In this document: in pieces, positions 62,983 through 64,000 of the stretch
Layout: each line of letters opens with the position of its first letter
Numbering within the stretch: position 1 is the first letter of the stretch
Source: the human T2T-CHM13v2.0 reference genome, Homo sapiens
Strand: one strand, 5' to 3'
Assembly (NCBI RefSeq): GCF_009914755.1
Contig: NC_060942.1
DNA length: 64,000 bases
Program-made: the position numbers and the translations under genes
Notes under the pieces: model-generated
Databases searched by the model: none
What the model saw: only the letters and a program-made list of their open reading frames with translations
What the model was told of the DNA's origin: nothing

Positions 62983-64000
62983 TTATCGTCGGGAGAATCT
63001 TCCCTTGTAGTCTCGAATTGCCTTGGCCATCAGCGGGGCCACTTTCTTGGCAGCCTGTTTTCGGGTTTTGTCCGCGGGCGCCGCGTGCCGGTTGCTGCTG
63101 CCGCCGCCGCTCACGCTGCCGCCGTCGCCGTCCCCGAGGCCGGAGGGAGCCTGGCTGCTTCCTGCGGGCTTGGGGGCTGGCTCCATCTCTCCATTTCCGG
63201 GGTCAGCGGCTCCTGCAGACTTCTCTTGCCTCCTGGAAGCATCATAAGGCGTCTTGGCCACAGAGTTGAAACAGATCATCTTTGTCTGTCGGCCGCTGGG
63301 TTTGTTTTCACGTGCGGATCGGATTTTCGTGGTCACTACTCGCAGCCGCTGCTCTCGGGCGTCCCGAAGCCGCAGGTACAGCTCCCGCCAAGACTCGTGC
63401 TCCTGTGGCTTTTCTTCCTTGAAGTCCTGGAGGCAATGAATCCTCCATAATTCATCTGTCCCTCGAGCGAGTGCGGCATTGTCTTTCTCTGTGCGGTACA
63501 GCTGATCGGGCGTCCACCCTTCCAGAACGGGTTCAAGAACCGAGTAGGGGACCCCTTCCACGTCGCCGAGGGCGTCCGGATTGTTCCTAGGCACCCGGAG
63601 GCACTGCTGGCGCAGCGTCGGCACCTGGAGCTGGCAGGCAGGCCTGGAGCCCGAGTACACCGGCATCTTAGCGTTCACTCTGCGTCCAGGGAAAGCAGCT
63701 TCCTCCTGGAGCGCTGGCGCGCAGAGTGCTTCTGGGTTTGCCTGGGAGGTCATGGCCTCAAAAGCGGACAGCAGATCGTAGTTGGCCTGCATCCAGGCCT
63801 CTGAGGGGTCCCAGAGCTCCGAGAAGACATGGCTGGGCACCGTTTTCGGCCCGGCGGAATCAGCGCCGGCCGCCTGCAGCCTCTCTGACTGGCTTTCCTG
63901 GACAGGAGGCGATTTCTGAGCCGAAGCCCCGCGGGACGATTTGTGCCCCTTGCTGTGGCTCCCCACCGCTTCCCCCTGGGGTTGGCCCTGGCAGCCTTGA
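62983..64000 (-). CDS. ELOA3: Elongin A3, copy 6, C-terminal part (5' end beyond window; E388G; 36-bp 3'UTR deletion)
   Basis: Open frame to the window edge; ARGTDE instead of ARETDE (63461 C vs T). Confidence 0.93.
   Translation of the reverse strand, partial: QGCQGQPQGEAVGSHSKGHKSSRGASAQKSPPVQESQSERLQAAGADSAGPKTVPSHVFSELWDPSEAWMQANYDLLSAFEAMTSQANPEALCAPALQEEAAFPGRRVNAKMPVYSGSRPACQLQVPTLRQQCLRVPRNNPDALGDVEGVPYSVLEPVLEGWTPDQLYRTEKDNAALARGTDELWRIHCLQDFKEEKPQEHESWRELYLRLRDAREQRLRVVTTKIRSARENKPSGRQTKMICFNSVAKTPYDASRRQEKSAGAADPGNGEMEPAPKPAGSSQAPSGLGDGDGGSVSGGGSSNRHAAPADKTRKQAAKKVAPLMAKAIRDYKGRFSRR

Overview
Human (primate) genomic DNA that I recognise as the KATNAL2/ELOA3 locus at 18q21.1. Bases 1-32.8 kb are Alu-dense intronic DNA. 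They hold a 5'-truncated L1PA with a 19-bp TSD, LTR10-, MER41- and MLT2-type LTRs, a MER2 element, an ERV env+LTR remnant, and a CCAAT/GC-box/X-box promoter next to the first coding exon of KATNAL2 (+ strand, MELSYQTLKFTHQAREA). From 32,819 to the window end is a head-to-tail ~5.9-kb macrosatellite: five full units (5916, 5915, 5915, 5880, 5920 bp) plus a partial sixth. Each full unit carries an intact, intronless 546-codon Elongin A3 (ELOA3/TCEB3C) gene on the - strand with its own TATA/GC/CCAAT promoter. Each also carries a decayed Hsmar2 mariner transposase, two CpG-rich diverged Alus, and GT and GT/GC tracts. The ELOA3 tandem cluster itself is already described, so I do not claim it as new. 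The observations most worth testing are: a perfect DUX4-consensus site in every full unit, next to a p53-like site, plus a near-match in the proximal promoter; a 36-bp 3'UTR deletion shared by units 4 and 6; divergence concentrated in the edge copy; a GC/CpG-gain signature in the array's repeats; and uORFs that could repress one KATNAL2 isoform. Repeat subfamily names and boundaries are by eye and approximate.
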